Assembly (NCBI GenBank): GCA_020846975.1
Contig: JADLCX010000022.1
Span: 30,104-94,103 of the forward strand
Source: Phycisphaerales bacterium
GTDB lineage: Bacteria; Planctomycetota; Phycisphaerae; Phycisphaerales; UBA1924
DNA: 64,000 nucleotides
Direction: 5' to 3'
Position numbers and translations under genes: made by a program
Shown here: positions 8,466-18,910 of the stretch, one piece after another
Layout: each line of letters begins with the position of its first letter
Position numbering within the stretch: the first letter of the stretch is position 1
Notes under the pieces: generated by a model
Told to the model about the DNA's origin: nothing
Database searches by the model: none
The model's input: the letters and a program-made list of their open reading frames with translations, nothing else

Positions 8466-11400
8466 TCAGCGACCGATGTTCCGCAGCCGGTCGGTGGGGC
8501 GTTGGGCCTCCCGAGCGGCCGTCGGCTCGAAAATCACGCCGATGCTGGTTTCGTCGGTGATGTTGTTGACGCCGACACTCACTCCCACGGCGGCTTCGGG
8601 TGTCTTGCGTCGCACGTTGAGGTTGAGCGACTGGAACTCGTCTTCATCGGTGTCGTAGCTGGCGTTGAACCCAACAAGGTAGCGTCGCGTGAGGCTGTAG
8701 TTGCACCCGAAATCGACGTAGGTCGAATCGAGCGCGTTGATGTACCGCACCTCGGCGTAGGAAGACAGGTCGGGGTTGTGCTGGATCAGCCCTCCCGCGC
8801 TGGTGCGCGCCGGCTGGTTGATGTCGAGGTCATAGATCGTGTCGGCGGTGAGAGCCAGAGCGTCGGTCGCCTGCCACGCCGCGGCCACCGAGCCGAAGTT
8901 GCCGAGCTGCGAGTACTCCGGGCGGTAGTCGAAGAACCGCAGGATGGGAGATTCCTTGTCAACATCGTCGGTCGAGCCGACGATTGCGGCGTCGAGCTTG
9001 AGGACATCGACGCTGCGCCACCGTCCCGGGCCGCCGCGCTGGGTCTGCCAGGTCTGGTCGATCGCCGCCTTGATCGAACTCCCGGTCGCGAGCGATTCGA
9101 CCGGATCGTCGTACACGGGCAGGTCGGACTGCTGGACGTTGGTCCCGGCGTACCACGCCGTGACGTTGGGCTCGATGATGTGGCGGGTTCGGTGCAGATC
9201 GAAGAACGAGCTGTCGAGGTCGTCGTCGATGCGGACCAGCTGCGTGCTCGTGCGAACGCCGCCCGCGTAAAGGTAGCGGTACTGGTCGTCGATCCCCGCG
9301 CCCGAGTTGAACTCCTCGAACTTCTGGTCGTAGGCGGTGAAGCGGCCGTTGATGAACGGGCTGAACTTGATCGGGCCGTAGGTGAAGGTGCCGACGAACT
9401 CCTGGCGGGTATCGCCGCGGAGCACGGCATCCTCGGTGTAGCCCTGCGCGCGCAGCACGTCCGCCGGCGAGAGGTTCGGGTTGCTTACGCCGAACGCGCC
9501 CAGGGCGCGGGTCGGGTTGTCGAACCCGAGCTCGCGGAGCGTGGGTTCGGTGAAACTCAGCCGCATGTTGGTCAGGCGGTACTCGCTGGACCAGGTGAGG
9601 GAGCCGGGCGAGCTCTGTGGCAGCAGATCATCGCCCGCGCGGAAGTACGCGAACTCGGGGAGCTTGTCCACCGTGTAGCCCTGGCTCTCGAGCAGGTAGT
9701 GGTTAGGCGTGAAATCGTTGATCGCGCCCTTCACCAGCCCGGTGAACAGGCTCCAGTCGTCTTGTCGCTTGATGTACGCGGAGTTCGTGACCTCGCGGCC
9801 TTCCTCGGCGATCGGGCGGAAGAAGGCATCGATCACGTTCTCGTCGCTCGCGACGCCGACCTCGGTCTGGAGCGTCCACCGCTCGCTGAGCCGCCATGTA
9901 TCCTCGCCGAGCAGCACACCGCGGAACTCGCCGCCCGCCGCCCGGTCTTTTTTCGCGCCGCTTGAAAGCACATCCCGGCCCCAGTCGATCGGGACCGTGT
10001 AGGCGAACAGGCCTCCCTTGTGGTCGGTCCGTTCCCACTTGTTCTGCGAGCCGAGTCCCGGCCCTCGGTCGAAGTACCAGTCGATCAGCGCCTCACTCTG
10101 GACCCCCTCCGGGGCTTCGAGCCCGGAAACGCTGAACACATCCCACGCGGTCTTGATCGCCGAACCCGATTGGTTCGAGTTCTCGAAGCGAACGTCCGTG
10201 AGCGGGACATCGGCGACCTCACCCTTGAACCGCGGCAGGTACATGAGCGGCAGGCCGCCGCCCTGCAAGGTGACGCCCCGAGCGTCGACGAACGTCGCAT
10301 CGCCAGGTCGAGTTGCCGCGGATCCGCCCCCTGCCCCCGACCCCGGAACCTGACCGCCGAACGCAGACGCGGTCGAGCGTCGCGACGGGCGCTCCCGCTG
10401 CGTGATCGTGACCGACTTGGCACCGATTGCGAAGACTGGGTCGGTGAAGCTGGTGGTCGAAAGACGTGCGCCCTCGGCCTGCCATTGCTTGTCGGAGAGT
10501 TGGCGGATCGTCCGTGCACGTACGTACAAGGGCAGGCCGCGCTCGGCGTCGTACGTCCAGAACACCGCCTCGGGCATGACCGCCTGCTGGTTCTCGATGT
10601 CGTAGTAGACGCGAGGTCCGCGCAGCGTGTAACCTCCGCTGACCGCCACCACGTCGCCTTCAAGATAGATGCCCTTGATCGAATCGGTGCCGAAGTTCAT
10701 CGAACCCGCAGGGTCGGCGCCGTTCTTCAGAAAGACCACGGCCCGGGTGGCGGTGATCTCGATCCCGGGCCGTGCCTTGGCGGGGGTGTATTGCACGACC
10801 ACCCCGCCCGAGAGCATGAGCACGCTCTCCTGGGCGTCCTGCCCCAGGATGAACTTGATGGGGGAACCGACATCGTCTTCCGGTCCGCCCGTGCCGATCA
10901 TCCGATCGCCGTTGACGGCCAGCGAGATGAGGCCATCCTTGCCGAAGATCGGTTCGAGACGCTCGACCGGCGGGAGAGGTTGCGGGCTGGGTGGGCCCAG
11001 CCCGGGATTGTCGGCCGCGCGGGCGATGGCCGAGTTGGGCTCGTACGGCCGTGAGACCCCGGGTCGGATCGGGCGGAGCGGGCTGTACGCGCCGGGGTTA
11101 CGACGCGCATCGGTCAACTCCGGAGCCTGTGCATCCTCGGGCTCGACTTCGCCGAGCAGCTTTCTCAGGTGTCTGGCAAGCCGATGCTCCGATTCCACCA
11201 CAAACGCCGCCGCGTCGCGTACCGCCGCTTGCTGGTCCTCGAAATCGAATGTGGCGCTTTCGACACTATCCACTCGCTCGGGTCTGGCTCGGACCACCGA
11301 GTCGTACTTGAGCGCGAGCTCGCCGCGCAAGATGCCGGTGACCAGAAGCCGATCTCCGGCCTGCGAGAATCCCTGGCCACCCGCATCGCCGCTCGGGTCG

Positions 11401-11855
11401 TTGACGCGGTCGAAGTAGATGGCGATCTGGCGCGTGCGGACTACGGGCTGGTCAGGCGATGCCGGCGCGGTGTCAGCCGGATCTGCGAGCTGCTCGATCC
11501 ACACCGACGCCTGCGCGGCCGTGAAGTTGTGACCCGCGAAGCTCACCCTCACATCGCCCCGCAGCAGCAGCCTCATCGCGGCGCTCGCCCCCCGGGCGCC
11601 CTCGCGCTCCTCCCAGACCCAGACGCGACCGCCCGCGAAGGTCAAGTCGGACTCGACCTGGGGGCTCGGAAGGCGAACTCCGTCGAACGAACGCCCTTGG
11701 ACCTCGGTGATCTGTCCCCCAATCTGGGTGCTGGAGCGGGGCTGCATCACCGCGGCTGTCACGGAAACCGAAGCCGCGAGCGAAGCCGCGCTCAGCACGA
11801 GACTTACCGAACGGAACTGGCTGTGGAGTCGGGTGTTGGGACGCACTTCACGCAT
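8466..11855 (-). CDS. Very large LptD/OstA-like outer-membrane protein (about 1130 aa)
   Basis: Signal-like N-terminus MREVRPNTRLHSQFRSVSLVLSAASLAASVSVTAAV, an OstA-like N-domain and a long beta-rich, aromatic-rich C-terminal region. The ATG at 11853-11855 is chosen because the longer ORF would run into the divergent gene. Confidence 0.55.
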   Translation of the reverse strand: MREVRPNTRLHSQFRSVSLVLSAASLAASVSVTAAVMQPRSSTQIGGQITEVQGRSFDGVRLPSPQVESDLTFAGGRVWVWEEREGARGASAAMRLLLRGDVRVSFAGHNFTAAQASVWIEQLADPADTAPASPDQPVVRTRQIAIYFDRVNDPSGDAGGQGFSQAGDRLLVTGILRGELALKYDSVVRARPERVDSVESATFDFEDQQAAVRDAAAFVVESEHRLARHLRKLLGEVEPEDAQAPELTDARRNPGAYSPLRPIRPGVSRPYEPNSAIARAADNPGLGPPSPQPLPPVERLEPIFGKDGLISLAVNGDRMIGTGGPEDDVGSPIKFILGQDAQESVLMLSGGVVVQYTPAKARPGIEITATRAVVFLKNGADPAGSMNFGTDSIKGIYLEGDVVAVSGGYTLRGPRVYYDIENQQAVMPEAVFWTYDAERGLPLYVRARTIRQLSDKQWQAEGARLSTTSFTDPVFAIGAKSVTITQRERPSRRSTASAFGGQVPGSGAGGGSAATRPGDATFVDARGVTLQGGGLPLMYLPRFKGEVADVPLTDVRFENSNQSGSAIKTAWDVFSVSGLEAPEGVQSEALIDWYFDRGPGLGSQNKWERTDHKGGLFAYTVPIDWGRDVLSSGAKKDRAAGGEFRGVLLGEDTWRLSERWTLQTEVGVASDENVIDAFFRPIAEEGREVTNSAYIKRQDDWSLFTGLVKGAINDFTPNHYLLESQGYTVDKLPEFAYFRAGDDLLPQSSPGSLTWSSEYRLTNMRLSFTEPTLRELGFDNPTRALGAFGVSNPNLSPADVLRAQGYTEDAVLRGDTRQEFVGTFTYGPIKFSPFINGRFTAYDQKFEEFNSGAGIDDQYRYLYAGGVRTSTQLVRIDDDLDSSFFDLHRTRHIIEPNVTAWYAGTNVQQSDLPVYDDPVESLATGSSIKAAIDQTWQTQRGGPGRWRSVDVLKLDAAIVGSTDDVDKESPILRFFDYRPEYSQLGNFGSVAAAWQATDALALTADTIYDLDINQPARTSAGGLIQHNPDLSSYAEVRYINALDSTYVDFGCNYSLTRRYLVGFNASYDTDEDEFQSLNLNVRRKTPEAAVGVSVGVNNITDETSIGVIFEPTAAREAQRPTDRLRNIGR

Positions 11856-12034
11856 GGTACCGCAAGGTCGCGGCTTCGTCGGGAATGCTGCTTGAGCGGG
11901 GCGGTTTGGGGAAACTCCGGGTCGATGCAAGATAGGGCAAACCTTCGGGTACGGGACGACATGGTTTGAGTATTGGGACGGTGGGTGGAGAGAGTCCTCG
12001 CACGCATCCGCACCGTTTTCAGAGAGGAGCGCCC

Positions 12035-12613
12035 ATGAAGGTCTTTTCACTGACAAGCATCTCGGCGGTTCTGGCCGCATCCGGGTTCGCGCACGGCGCG
12101 CTGGTTTCCTATGAAGCCGTCCTGTCCGGTCCGGCCGAAAGTCCGCCCAACGCTTCTCCGGGAACGGGGATTGCGATGGTGGACATCGACACGACCGCGC
12201 ACACCGTGCGGTATCGCGCGGCATTCAGCGGACTGCTCGGCACAACGACAGTTGCGCACGTGCACGCGGCCACACCCGCCCCGTTCGCAGGTACCGCGGG
12301 GGTGGCGACGCAGACTCCGTCCTTTCCAGCATGGCCGGCGGGCGTGACGAGCGGGTCGTACGACATGACGTTTGACACCACGCTGGGTACGACGTGGAAC
12401 CCGGCGTTTGTCACGGCCAATGGCGGAACACCGCTCACGGCCGAGGCCGCGTTTGCATCCGCGCTCGCCGGCGGGCGGGCGTACTTCAACGTGCACTCTT
12501 CCCTGTTCGGCGGCGGCGAGATCCGCGGATTCCTGGCGCTTGTGCCGACGCCGAGTTCGCTCGGTGTGCTCGCCCTGGGTTCGCTCTTCGCATGCCGTCG
12601 CCGGCGTCGATGA
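12035..12613 (+). CDS. Secreted CHRD-domain protein with a PEP-CTERM-type C-terminal sorting signal
   Basis: Signal peptide MKVFSLTSISAVLAASGFAHG. CHRD-like SGPAESPPNASPGTGIAMVDID ... AHVHAATP ... YFNVHSSLFGGGEIRG. C-terminus VPTPSSLGVLALGSLFACRRRRR. AGAGGAG lies 7 nt upstream of the ATG. Confidence 0.7.
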   Translation: MKVFSLTSISAVLAASGFAHGALVSYEAVLSGPAESPPNASPGTGIAMVDIDTTAHTVRYRAAFSGLLGTTTVAHVHAATPAPFAGTAGVATQTPSFPAWPAGVTSGSYDMTFDTTLGTTWNPAFVTANGGTPLTAEAAFASALAGGRAYFNVHSSLFGGGEIRGFLALVPTPSSLGVLALGSLFACRRRRR

Positions 12614-12631
12614 GCGGGTTGTTCGCGGCTG

Positions 12632-14233
12632 CTACTTCGGCACATCGACAACCGAGTCCCGTGACCGTTCGTCGGCCATCGAGGGTTCGGCCGGTGGGGA
12701 CGCGAGGGGGTGGTGCGCCCGGGCGGTGATCGCATCCCACAGGTTCCGACGCGGCGGTCCGTAGGCACGGTCGCCGGGGTTCATGCCGTCAACCTCGGGC
12801 ACCCGCCAAATCATCATCACGATCCCGGTCATCAGCAGGGCCAGGCTCATGGCGCCCACGGCGGCGTGCGTGCCCAGCGCCTTCACCGACGGGCCCGCGA
12901 ACTCTCCGAAGCGTCCGGTCTTGAGCGTGGCTTCCACGCCCTCGCCGAGCCACCCCGCGGCGATGTTGCCGACGGCCATCACGCCGAACGAGGCCACGTT
13001 TGCCACGGCGAGAACCCGGCCGCGCATGTGGTCACTGACAAGGTTCTGCATCGCCGCCCAAGAGGGATTGAATCCCCAGATCCAGAACAGTCCAACGAAG
13101 AACATCGCAACGTAGCCCGCCCACAGGGTGGTGGTGGCTGCAAAGACGGTGATGGTCAGACCAGCGCCCGCGAGCGAGGCCGGAATGAAGTGGTGCTTGG
13201 GGTACCACGCGGGGACGTACTTCAGGGCCAGGCCGCCGACGACAGCCCCGACGCCGAGCATGGATATCAATGTCGCCATCGCGCCATCAGCGGCGGATTC
13301 GGCCAGCCCGTAGACATCGATCACGTAGAGCGGCAGCATGCGCATGAGCGGCGAGGCGAAGAGGCTCATCACGACCATGGCGATGAACACGCATCGTGGA
13401 CCCTTGCGCAGGAAGATAAAGGCAAGAGCCTCGCGGATCTCGGGCCAGGCCGACTTGGCGGCGGCATTGCGCTTCGGCGCGGGAGCGTCCGGGGTGCGTG
13501 TGACCGCGATCACCACGCCCAGGAACGTGACGGTGTTGATCATGAACAGAGGCGTCGCGCCCCAGGCGGCCAGGATCGCGCCCGCGAACGCGGGTCCGAT
13601 CACGCGCGAGGCATTGAACTGGATGCCGTTGAGCATGATCGCGCGCGTCAGTTCATCCTTCGGCACGAGCCGCGGCGTGAGCACCTGCCAGGCGGGGATG
13701 TTGAAGGCCGCGACCGTGCCTTGCAGGATCGAGATGATGAACAGCGCGGCCACCAATCCCTGCGCGTTACCCAAGTGCTCGAGGAACCCGACGCGCAGCC
13801 ACGACATGTCGGCGATCGACACCACCGCGACCAGTCCCGCGAGAACCATCAGGATCGCCTGCGTCACCATCAGGAGTGTGCGGCGGTTGACGCGGTCGGC
13901 GACCAGGCCGCCGAACACGCCGAACAGCAGGATCGGCATGAGCCCCGCGGCCGCGAAATAGCCCAGCATTTTGAGCGAGCCGGTTTCTTTCGCGACGATC
14001 ATCTGAATTCCGACCATCTCCATCCAGTTTCCGGAGTTGGAGACGAACGAGGCGATCCAGACGCGCCGGAAGTACTTGTGTCGCAGCACGCCGAGGCGCG
14101 ACGGCGTTTCGGAAGGGGACGCGAGGTGGTCGCCGCGGGTGGATTGATCGCCCGCGAAGCCACCGCCTTCGCGGGACGCGCGCACGTCATCGTCGGGCAC
14201 GCCCGAGAGGGTTGCCGTGCTCGGCGCTTCCAT
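12632..14233 (-). CDS. MFS transporter (EntS-like / MFS_3-type)
   Basis: FRRVWIASFVSNSGNWMEMVGIQMIV ... GVFGGLVADRVNRRTLLM, followed by ~12 hydrophobic helices. The start at ATG 14231-14233 is uncertain. Confidence 0.8.
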   Translation of the reverse strand: MEAPSTATLSGVPDDDVRASREGGGFAGDQSTRGDHLASPSETPSRLGVLRHKYFRRVWIASFVSNSGNWMEMVGIQMIVAKETGSLKMLGYFAAAGLMPILLFGVFGGLVADRVNRRTLLMVTQAILMVLAGLVAVVSIADMSWLRVGFLEHLGNAQGLVAALFIISILQGTVAAFNIPAWQVLTPRLVPKDELTRAIMLNGIQFNASRVIGPAFAGAILAAWGATPLFMINTVTFLGVVIAVTRTPDAPAPKRNAAAKSAWPEIREALAFIFLRKGPRCVFIAMVVMSLFASPLMRMLPLYVIDVYGLAESAADGAMATLISMLGVGAVVGGLALKYVPAWYPKHHFIPASLAGAGLTITVFAATTTLWAGYVAMFFVGLFWIWGFNPSWAAMQNLVSDHMRGRVLAVANVASFGVMAVGNIAAGWLGEGVEATLKTGRFGEFAGPSVKALGTHAAVGAMSLALLMTGIVMMIWRVPEVDGMNPGDRAYGPPRRNLWDAITARAHHPLASPPAEPSMADERSRDSVVDVPK

Positions 14234-14723
14234 GCGCCCGGCCTGGATGGAACTGCTCAAGGCCGCCTCCGCCCCGTTCTTCGCCGTGCTCCCGGCGTTC
14301 GGGGTCTGTGCAGCGATTCTAGGCGGCCGAGACGGGTGTGTACGCGCGGTCTTCTTGCGGTTGGCGCGGTGTGAGTGGTGAGCGTACGGAGCCGCGCTCC
14401 AAGGCAGGCGAACGACTCGTAGCCGAGCAGGCCGCCGAGCAACGACGCACGAGGAAGGTTGGCTTCGGTGAATCACAGAGGGTTCACGAAGTGGATCCAT
14501 CCTGCGAACGCGACCGGCTACCGCCGCGCATTGACAGCGATATCCGCGCATAGCCACACCGACCGCACCGCGGCTTGAACTCGTCGGGGGCGGTTGAGCG
14601 AGACGGCATGCTCTGGAGGAGGCACGCAGAGCCCGGACTCGGGCGCGGCTCCGTCGATTTGCCCGTGCCCCGTCGTGCGGCTTTACTTAGCCCCAACCGC
14701 CCGGTTCCGGTTCGCCAGCCCGC

Positions 14724-15200
14724 ATGATCACCATCCGACGCATCTCCCAGGACGATCTGCTCTACCCGCAGCAGTGCTCCTTGCGCGAGACGGTGCTGCT
14801 CAACCCCATCGGGCTTGACATTCCCAAGTTCAAGGCCATGTTCCCCGGCGTCGAGGAGCGGTTCGAGCACTTCGTCGCGGTGTTCAAGCACCCTTCCGGC
14901 GAGCGGGTGATCGGTACGGCGTCGCTGCTGCCCAACTATCCGGAATCAGGCATCGGCAAGCTCATGCAGATGGCCGTGGACCTGCAGCGTCAGGGCGAGG
15001 GGCTGGGCACGCGTCTGGTCGTCGCGGTCGAACAGCGGGCTTTCGGGGAACTCGGCCTGCGCGAACTGTTCTGTCATGCCCGCGACACCGCGTATGGGTT
15101 TTACCAAAGCCTGGGATGGGAGTTCGACTCGGATGTGTTCATGGAGGCGGGCATCCCGCACCGCAAGATGGTGTTCTGCAACAGCCTGCCCGAAGAGTAG
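14724..15200 (+). CDS. GNAT family N-acetyltransferase
   Basis: Acetyl-CoA binding region MAVDLQRQGEGLGTRLVVAVEQRA ... ARDTAYGFYQSLGW. Confidence 0.8.
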   Translation: MITIRRISQDDLLYPQQCSLRETVLLNPIGLDIPKFKAMFPGVEERFEHFVAVFKHPSGERVIGTASLLPNYPESGIGKLMQMAVDLQRQGEGLGTRLVVAVEQRAFGELGLRELFCHARDTAYGFYQSLGWEFDSDVFMEAGIPHRKMVFCNSLPEE

Positions 15201-15260
15201 TGTTTGATCGATACAGACCGGTGGTGTGGTCGGCCGCGCGCGGACGTCGAATAATCCGGC

Positions 15261-15761
15261 ATGGACGCGGCAGGCATCCGTGAGATCTTCGAGCGACATG
15301 ATCTCCGCTGGACCAAGCAGCGTGAGGAGGTGTACGCCGCGCTCTGCCGGAGCGAGGCCCACCCGACCGCTGATGAGCTGTACGCGGCCGTGAACGGGCG
15401 CGATGCGGCCGCTGCCAATCACCCCGGCCCGGCCGACCACATCAGCCTCGCGACCATCTACAACTGCCTCGATGTTTTCTCGCGGTCCGGTCTGTGTCGG
15501 CGGCTGGCGTCGCCGGCGATCACGCCTCGGGGCGACGGCGCGTTCCGGTACGACGCCGACATGGGCGACCACGCCCATGTCGTGCGAAGCGATGGGTGCG
15601 TACAGGACCTGCCCGACGACCTCAGCGAAGAGGTCCTGGCGCATCTCCCACGCGAACTGCTCGACCGGATCGAGCAGCGTCTGCGGATGAAGATCGGTCG
15701 ATTCGGCGTCGAGTTCTTCGAGGCGAGGAATCGGTGGGGATCGGCTCCGCCGATCGAGTGA
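15261..15761 (+). CDS. Fur-family transcriptional regulator (atypical, no CxxC pairs)
   Basis: The N-terminal wHTH region LRWTKQREEVYAALCRSEAHPTADELYAAV ... ISLATIYNCLDVFSRSGL and a DHAHVV metal-site-like motif are present. The usual two CxxC motifs are not. Confidence 0.7.
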   Translation: MDAAGIREIFERHDLRWTKQREEVYAALCRSEAHPTADELYAAVNGRDAAAANHPGPADHISLATIYNCLDVFSRSGLCRRLASPAITPRGDGAFRYDADMGDHAHVVRSDGCVQDLPDDLSEEVLAHLPRELLDRIEQRLRMKIGRFGVEFFEARNRWGSAPPIE

Positions 15762-17612
15762 TCACGGGACTTCGGGCGATGTGGTGGCGGAGCGAGCCAC
15801 GCTCACGCGAGCGGCCAGGACGTTGCTCTTGCCCGAGTCGATCACGAATCGTGAGGATGTCTCGATCGGCACGACCGTCAGGCCGAGCGCCTTCAGTCGC
15901 TCCGCGGCGGAGCGAGAGTCGCGCCCGTCGTTGGCCAACTGACGCTCCCGCATCAGCACGATGCGTTGACCGTTGGTTGCGATGTCATCGCGGAGTTCCT
16001 CGATCGTCATCGGCTTTCCGCCGGCCGTGACATCGCGGATCTGGATGTCGCCCACGGGCGCGACGCGATGGTCGGCGTAGAAATCGATCGCGGATGTGCG
16101 GAACTCGAAGCTCGCGAGGCGGTCGGTGCGAATGTCCATCGACCGCAGCTCCTGCACCAGGGCGCGGGGGCTGCGCGCGGCGAAGGACCGCTCGCGGCCG
16201 TAGCCGTACCACCATCCTGAGACGCCCGCCAGAACGATGACCGTTCCAGCCAGCAGCGAGCGAACTCTGGGTGCGCCGCGATCGTTGGCGAGGGCGTGCG
16301 CCACGCCGATCCCGCCGAGCATCGCGATGCCGGGCCAGACCGGTGTCAGGTAGCGGCCGATTCCCTTTCCGAGCAGCGAGAAGATCGCAAACCCAAGCAC
16401 GACCCACGCCAGCGGCACAAGCCACGCAACGCTGAGCCGCGGTCGGTTTCTCGCCACCCACACCAGGGCGATCAGGGCGGCGATGCTGCCGAGCCCCACC
16501 CCGAACGACATCGCCTCGAGGTTTTTGATCGGCGAGATGGGGATGAAGATGTTCAGGTTGTCCTCGGTCTCCTTCTGAGCCCAGAACGCGGCGGCCTCGG
16601 CGCCGATGCGCTGGCCCACGAGCCTGCCCCAACCCCAGAGCACGAGCATGGGCACGCCGAGGACGCCGATTGGATGAGTCCGGGAGAACGCGCGGAACAG
16701 GGAAGCGAGGTTCGCCCACGCAAGCGAGCGGGTCAGAAGTTGGCCCAGCCATCCGCAAAGAGCAATCAGGATGAGTGCGCCGATGGCCTCGCCCAAACCG
16801 TGCACCTTCGGGACTGTCATCATGGCCGCCGCGATGGCGCCGCCGACGAGCCCCAGTCGTGTCAGCCACGACTTCCTCGGGTGTGGCTTGATGTGCGAAG
16901 TCGCCAGCACCGATTGGAAGATCATGGGGCCGTATCCCGCCGCGGCGATGACGGCGAGCGCGGGCGGGCCCTTGGTTAGGGCCGCGCCTGTGGCGGACAG
17001 CGTCGCCAGCGCGAGCCAGCCGTACGCGACCTTGCCGCGTTCACGCCAGGAAAGCCACGCGTTGACGATCGAGGCGACGGCGCAGACGACAAACGGCACG
17101 AGCATGATGTCGAGTTCGCCGATCCGGCTGGATCGGACGTACAAGGGACCGGTTGCCAGGAACAAGCCCGACCAGAGCGCCGCCTCGCGTCCGAGCCCGG
17201 GCTTCAGAGCCGCTTGGTCGTGGGCATCCATGAGCCGCCGCACGAGCCAGTAGGTGGCGAGCACACCGAAGAGGCCGGAGAGCGCGACCGTGAGCCTCAA
17301 CTCGAACTCACCGGTCTCGACTCCGCGAAGCCGGGCCAGCAGGAGTTGACACCAGTAGAACATCGGCGGCTTGGCCAGGTACGGCTGCTGGTTGACGGTG
17401 GGGACCAGCCACTCGCCCGACCGCTGCATCTCACGTGCGACCAGGGCTCGCTGCGACTCCTGCCAGTTGGTCAGGCCGTGGTTCGTGAGGCCGACGATGT
17501 ACGCGATGGAGCAGACGACGGAGAGAACAACAACGTCGAAGAGCGTGCCCGCGCGAGAGGAGTGCGCTGTGTCAGTCGGGGTTCGGGATTCGTGACGTGG
17601 GGTGGATGCCAT
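15762..17612 (-). CDS. ArnT/PMT-like (GT39/GT83-type) membrane glycosyltransferase with a C-terminal periplasmic domain
   Basis: About 12 hydrophobic helices. N-terminal loop ESQRALVAREMQRSGEWLVPTVNQQPYLAKPPMFYW is typical of this family. Alternative start at 17672. Confidence 0.75.
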   Translation of the reverse strand: MASTPRHESRTPTDTAHSSRAGTLFDVVVLSVVCSIAYIVGLTNHGLTNWQESQRALVAREMQRSGEWLVPTVNQQPYLAKPPMFYWCQLLLARLRGVETGEFELRLTVALSGLFGVLATYWLVRRLMDAHDQAALKPGLGREAALWSGLFLATGPLYVRSSRIGELDIMLVPFVVCAVASIVNAWLSWRERGKVAYGWLALATLSATGAALTKGPPALAVIAAAGYGPMIFQSVLATSHIKPHPRKSWLTRLGLVGGAIAAAMMTVPKVHGLGEAIGALILIALCGWLGQLLTRSLAWANLASLFRAFSRTHPIGVLGVPMLVLWGWGRLVGQRIGAEAAAFWAQKETEDNLNIFIPISPIKNLEAMSFGVGLGSIAALIALVWVARNRPRLSVAWLVPLAWVVLGFAIFSLLGKGIGRYLTPVWPGIAMLGGIGVAHALANDRGAPRVRSLLAGTVIVLAGVSGWWYGYGRERSFAARSPRALVQELRSMDIRTDRLASFEFRTSAIDFYADHRVAPVGDIQIRDVTAGGKPMTIEELRDDIATNGQRIVLMRERQLANDGRDSRSAAERLKALGLTVVPIETSSRFVIDSGKSNVLAARVSVARSATTSPEVP

Positions 17613-17675
17613 GGTGGCGTCTGGAGCCGATCTCGCCTCGCATCCCTGTCCCGTGGGTGCCAACTCGAGCATCGC

Positions 17676-18881
17676 TCAAGCGTCGTCGAGAACTTCGACG
17701 GTCTTGAACGGCTTGCCAGAGAGCATTTCGAGGCTGGCGCCGCCGCCCGTGGATACGTGGGTGAACTTGTCGGCCATGCCGAACTGCTCGACCGCCGCCG
17801 CGGAATCACCGCCGCCGACGATGCTGATCGCGCCGCGCGTGGTCGCCTCGGCCATCGCCCTCGCGACCGCCCTGGTCCCCGCGCTGAACCTGTCCCACTC
17901 GAACACGCCCATCGGGCCGTTCCACACGATCGTCTTGGCCGCGGCGATCTTTGCGACAAACGCGGCCTGAGTCTTCGGGCCGATGTCGAGGCCCATGGAG
18001 CCGCTCTTGATGTCGCCCTCGAAGACTCCGGACCTGCCGCCGGTTTCGGTGAACTCCGTTCCGCAGATGTGATCGATGGGCAGGCTGACCTTGCAGGAGG
18101 TCCGGGCCACCTGTTCGAGAATCTCGCGGGCCTTGGGGAGCATGTCGGTTTCGACTCGGCTGGCGCCGACGCCCTGCCCTTTCGCGTTCAAGAAGGTGTA
18201 CGCCATCGCGCCGCCGATGAGCACCTCGTCGGCCTTGCGGATAACCTGCTCGATCATCGGCAGTTTGTCGGAGACTTTGGCGCCGCCCATGATGACGACG
18301 TACGGACGCGCCGGGCTGGCCAGCGAGGCGCTGAGGTACTTCAGTTCCTTCTCGACCAGCAGGCCAACGACTCGGGGCTTGCCCGCCATCGCCATCGGCA
18401 CGGCGTACATGCTGGCATCCTCGCGGTGGCAGGTGCCGAAGGCGTCGTTGACGTACACATCGCCGAGCGCGGCAAGTTTCGCCGCGAAGGCGCTGTCTCC
18501 CTTTTTCTCGCCCTTGTTGAACCGCAGATTGTCGAGCAGGACGATCTCGCCGTTTTTCATCGCGACGACGGCGGAGGCCGCGGCGGCATCCGTGGCATCA
18601 TTGGAGGGGAACCCGACCGGCTTGCCGAGGAGTTCCGAGAGTCGCTGGGCGCATGGTTTCAGCGATTCGGTGGCCTCGAAGCCCTTGCCCTCGGGGCGAC
18701 CCAGGTGCGACATCAGGATCGCCTTGCCGCCGCGGTCGATGACGGACTTGATCGTCGGGATCGCGGCACGGATGCGCTGATCGTCGGTGATCCGGCCCTC
18801 CTCGATCGGCACGTTGAAATCAACGCGGATCAGGACGCGCTTGCCGGAAACGTCTGATTGCGCGATCGTCTTCTTGGACAT
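17676..18881 (-). CDS. pgk: Phosphoglycerate kinase
   Basis: KRVLIRVDFNVP ... ILMSHLGRPEGKG ... VSTGGGASLE, full-length 401 aa. Confidence 0.95.
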   Translation of the reverse strand: MSKKTIAQSDVSGKRVLIRVDFNVPIEEGRITDDQRIRAAIPTIKSVIDRGGKAILMSHLGRPEGKGFEATESLKPCAQRLSELLGKPVGFPSNDATDAAAASAVVAMKNGEIVLLDNLRFNKGEKKGDSAFAAKLAALGDVYVNDAFGTCHREDASMYAVPMAMAGKPRVVGLLVEKELKYLSASLASPARPYVVIMGGAKVSDKLPMIEQVIRKADEVLIGGAMAYTFLNAKGQGVGASRVETDMLPKAREILEQVARTSCKVSLPIDHICGTEFTETGGRSGVFEGDIKSGSMGLDIGPKTQAAFVAKIAAAKTIVWNGPMGVFEWDRFSAGTRAVARAMAEATTRGAISIVGGGDSAAAVEQFGMADKFTHVSTGGGASLEMLSGKPFKTVEVLDDA

Positions 18882-18910
18882 GGATGGGGCCTGCTCCCGG
18901 GAGGGTGGGG

